Source: Candidatus Eiseniibacteriota bacterium | GTDB lineage: Bacteria; Eisenbacteria; RBG-16-71-46 | DNA length: 64,000 nucleotides | NCBI GenBank assembly: GCA_963717935.1 | Contig: CAVQXP010000004.1 | Location: forward strand, 704,001 to 768,000 | Reading direction: 5' to 3' | Part shown: positions 61,049 through 64,000 of the stretch, in pieces | How positions within the stretch are numbered: position 1 is the first letter of the stretch | Layout of the letters: the number at the start of each line of letters is the position of its first letter | Translations under genes and position numbers: made by a program | Notes under the pieces: generated by a model | Database searches by the model: none | Seen by the model: only the letters and a program-made list of their open reading frames with translations | Told to the model about the DNA's origin: nothing

Positions 61049-64000
61049 CGGGAGCTCCCGCGGTTCAGCGCGCGCAGGTAAGCCTCGATGAAGGCGCGGT
61101 ACTGCGACGGATAGCGGTCGGCCTGGGCCTTGAGCAGGTCGAGCCGCAAGCGGTCGCTCTCTCGCAGCATCTCGGCCGGCAGTGCCGGTGGCGCGGCGCG
61201 CGCGGCGTCTTCGCCCGGACGTGACTCGCGGCGCGGCTCGAAATCCTGGCGATTCACGGAGCGCTGGGCGTCGAGCAGCCGCGACAGGATGTGCTGCTGC
61301 TTCTGCTCCACCTCGTCTCCGAGCTGGCCCTGGCGCAGCGCTTCCTCGACCTGCTTCATCTCCTCGGCGGTCTGGTCGAGCCGCCCGAGGAGCTGGCGCC
61401 GCTGCCGCTCCTCCTGCTCGATTTGTCCGAGCTCGTCGTGGATCCGCGCCTGCTCCCGGGCCAGGCGCCGCAGCTCGTCCTGATCGCCGGCGGTGAGCCG
61501 CGCCTGCTCGGTCAGGCGCTGGCCCAGCGTGCGCGTGCGATCGTTCAGCTGCGCCTGGCGGTTGCCGAGCTGGTCCATGCGCATGGGCACCGTGCCGCCG
61601 GGCTGGCCCTGGCCCGGGTTCTGGCACATCGAGCTCTCGGCCTGGCGCAGCTTCAGCACGGATTCGACCAGGGCGCCCGCTCCGGAACGTCCCGCTGCCT
61701 CGCCGCCGGCGCGGTCGCCCTGCGCGAATTGCTTGCCCGACTGCTGCAGGCCCTTGATGGCGCGGCCCAGCGCCGCCGCGAGATCGGGGTTGATGAAGGG
61801 CGTCTTCTTCCCGAGCGTCCAGAGCGAGTCCGCGACGCGGGCGGTACCCTCGGAGAGGTCCGTCTGGAGGTCGGCGCGCTGCTTCGCGGGGGAGTTCGAG
61901 TCGAGGCTCCGCTCGGCTGCGCGCTGCAGCGAGACCAGGTCCTGCGCGGCGCGGCGCACCGCCGCGAGGTCCACCTGCTCCCGCTGCTGCTGCATCTGGT
62001 TCGAGACGTTGCTGAGCTGCTCCGAGGCGCGCTGCAGGCTCTGGCTCGCGCGCCGGCCCGCCTGCCGGGCCTGCGCCTGCCGGTTCTGCGCCAGCGCCTG
62101 CGCGGCTTCGCGCTGGGCGGGAGCCGCTTCCTGGTCGAGCTCCTGCGCGGCTTCCCGGAGCCCGGGCTGCGCCTGGGGCTCGTTCATCTCCTGCCCGAGC
62201 TGCTGCGCGTCACGGGCGAGCTGCTCGCTCTCGGCGGCAGCCTGCCTCTGCTCCTCGGCGAGCCCGCGCTGTGCCTGTTCGGCCGCCTTCTGCTCGATCG
62301 CCTGGTTGTGCCCGTCCTGCTGCGCCTTCAACTCCTCGGCGCGCCGGGCCAGCGCCTGGAGGCGCTCCTCCTGCCGCAGCCGCTTCAGCAGCTCGAGCGT
62401 GCGCTCGAGGTTCTTCAGCAGCTGTTCGTTCTGGAGGCGCCAGTCCTGCAGGCCCGGTTCCGGCGGGCGGCGCTGCGTGTTCTCGAGCGCCTCCTGCAGG
62501 CGGCGCATCGCTTCCCTGAACTCCTGCGACTGGATCTGGTCCATGACCTGGGCCAGTTCGCGGAGCTTGCGGGTGAGCTGCTCGTCGAACGCGCGGCGCT
62601 CGGTGGCCTGCTGGAGGCCCTCGCGCAGCTGCCGTGAGGCTTCGTCGATCTGGTGGGAGAGATCCTGCTGGCGGTCGAGCGCGCTCTTCACCTCCTCCTG
62701 CCGCTCGAAGGAGCGCGGGCTGCCGGCGGTCGGCATGGGCGCCTGGCGGGCCAACCTGTCGAGCGACTTCTGCAGTTCCTGCGCGCGGTCCGCCACCTTC
62801 TCGAGCGCGCCCTGCACCGAGTCCTGGCCACGCTCCAGGTCCTGGTACAGCTCGGCGAGCGACGGGAAGCGCAGCTCGTAGGTGGCGCTCGTCGCCACCC
62901 CGCGCCCGCCCTCCGCGTCGTCGAAGAGCTGGAAACGGAAGCTCGCGCTCTGCCCGGGCAGCAGACCGAGCGGGGCCGCGTCCCAGCGCGCGCTGGCGCG
63001 GGCCTCGCGGGGCCCGCCGGCGAAACGCGCCAGCGTCAGGTCCGTCCACGTGGCGTCCGCGTCCTTGCGCACCTGGAGCCGGAGTTCGGTCAGCCCGAGG
63101 TCGTCCTGGCCGAGCACCTCGTAGGGCACCTGCTGGCCGGCCGGCAGGTCCATGTCGCCCTCGGGCACGCGCACGGTGAGGATCGGCGGGGCGTCGGCGA
63201 GCGGCTGGATGGGGTAGCGGAACCGCCCCTCGCCTCCGAGCTCGTCCTGCGCGGTGCGCGCGAGCGCGCGCAGTTCGTAGTCGCCCGCCTGCCGGATCGC
63301 GATCTCGCCGCGCCAGCGACGCGGATTGAGCGCTCTCCACGGTCGCGCGGGCGCACCCGGGGCGGCGGCCTCGAGCGCCTCCAGGTCGCGGTCGAAGAGC
63401 ACCTCGATCAGCGCCCGCGAGCCGCGCAGCGCCGTCAGGTCGCCACGCGTGGCCGCACCGCGCTGCACCGGCAACCGCGCGTAGGCCGGCGGGTGGATCT
63501 CGATCTCGAAGCTCACCGGCTGGGGCGTTCCGGCGAGCGTCACGTGGTAGCGCGGGCTCTCGATCCCGGCCACGCGCACCCGGTAGTCGAGGGAGCGCGT
63601 GAGCTGGGTGAGGTCGAACCGCCACAGCCGCTCGCCGCCGTCGCCGTCGCCCTCGTGAGTACCCGCGTCGGCGGGGGATCCGTCCCGCAGCAGTCGCGGT
63701 CGCGCGGTCGTGCCCCAGACCCGCGCCCGCACCGCCAGCGCGGCGCCCGGCGTGACCGTCACCGAGCCGGGCTCGACCTCGAGACGCACGGGCGGTGCGG
63801 CGGTGCGCGGGTCGAGCAGCGTGTGCCACGAACGCTCCGTGCGCGCGGGGAGCACGAGCCCGAGCGCGGCCACGAACGCGAGCGCGATCGCCATCGCGGC
63901 GAGGGGACGACGCGCCTCGAGCGCGGGCCGCATGGCGACGAGCGGCACCTCCGCCAGCCGGCGCGAGGTCTCGTCGCCCAGGGCCCGGGCCAGCTCGGGC
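61045..64000 (-). CDS. DUF4175-like membrane-anchored Ig-like plus Gln-rich coiled-coil protein (5'-truncated)
   Basis: TM helix, 'PPAYARLP', 'DDLGL', long Q/E-rich heptads, 'ILSRLLDAQRS', 'YRAFIEAYLRAL'. Confidence 0.8.
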   Translation of the reverse strand, partial: PELARALGDETSRRLAEVPLVAMRPALEARRPLAAMAIALAFVAALGLVLPARTERSWHTLLDPRTAAPPVRLEVEPGSVTVTPGAALAVRARVWGTTARPRLLRDGSPADAGTHEGDGDGGERLWRFDLTQLTRSLDYRVRVAGIESPRYHVTLAGTPQPVSFEIEIHPPAYARLPVQRGAATRGDLTALRGSRALIEVLFDRDLEALEAAAPGAPARPWRALNPRRWRGEIAIRQAGDYELRALARTAQDELGGEGRFRYPIQPLADAPPILTVRVPEGDMDLPAGQQVPYEVLGQDDLGLTELRLQVRKDADATWTDLTLARFAGGPREARASARWDAAPLGLLPGQSASFRFQLFDDAEGGRGVATSATYELRFPSLAELYQDLERGQDSVQGALEKVADRAQELQKSLDRLARQAPMPTAGSPRSFERQEEVKSALDRQQDLSHQIDEASRQLREGLQQATERRAFDEQLTRKLRELAQVMDQIQSQEFREAMRRLQEALENTQRRPPEPGLQDWRLQNEQLLKNLERTLELLKRLRQEERLQALARRAEELKAQQDGHNQAIEQKAAEQAQRGLAEEQRQAAAESEQLARDAQQLGQEMNEPQAQPGLREAAQELDQEAAPAQREAAQALAQNRQAQARQAGRRASQSLQRASEQLSNVSNQMQQQREQVDLAAVRRAAQDLVSLQRAAERSLDSNSPAKQRADLQTDLSEGTARVADSLWTLGKKTPFINPDLAAALGRAIKGLQQSGKQFAQGDRAGGEAAGRSGAGALVESVLKLRQAESSMCQNPGQGQPGGTVPMRMDQLGNRQAQLNDRTRTLGQRLTEQARLTAGDQDELRRLAREQARIHDELGQIEQEERQRRQLLGRLDQTAEEMKQVEEALRQGQLGDEVEQKQQHILSRLLDAQRSVNRQDFEPRRESRPGEDAARAAPPALPAEMLRESDRLRLDLLKAQADRYPSQYRAFIEAYLRALNRGSSR

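Overview
High-GC chromosomal segment from a diderm bacterium. The gene content (MqnD, OmpA with TSP3 repeats, FadL, DUF4175, CdaA) suggests an FCB-related or candidate-phylum organism; this is inference only. More than 20 apparent short indels, several in normally essential or highly conserved genes such as tilS, point to an unpolished long-read assembly, so split ORFs were re-joined by eye. Left to right: two GT-C membrane glycosyltransferases; an alpha/beta hydrolase; a four-gene minor-pilin cluster (FimU/PilV/PilW/PilX-like) whose PilW is a ~995-aa pilin-adhesin fusion; mqnD, hflX, M24 peptidase and rhomboid; trxA; an nnr/TonB/HAD/small Zn-finger operon; two tandem exported CxxC paralogs; mrfA-like helicase, methyltransferase and mrfB-like nuclease; a Zn-ribbon/cold-shock fusion; DUF885; a fatty-acid degradation cluster (fadL, fadD, TPR protein, fadI, fadJ); glutamate dehydrogenase followed by two dikinase-like proteins, one with a C-terminal nucleotidyltransferase; a metallophosphoesterase; tRNA(CAU)-tilS-hpt-ftsH; folP-cdaA; OmpA; a metal/redox islet (DUF134, NifX-like, peroxiredoxin, methyltransferase-thioesterase); and a DUF4175-TPR-exported GATase-like operon. 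No CRISPR array, rRNA, integrase or transposase was seen. The best candidate for an undescribed system is the gdh operon, with a structured leader and two non-canonical ATP-grasp/His proteins plus a nucleotidyltransferase, which may form a covalent regulatory switch.
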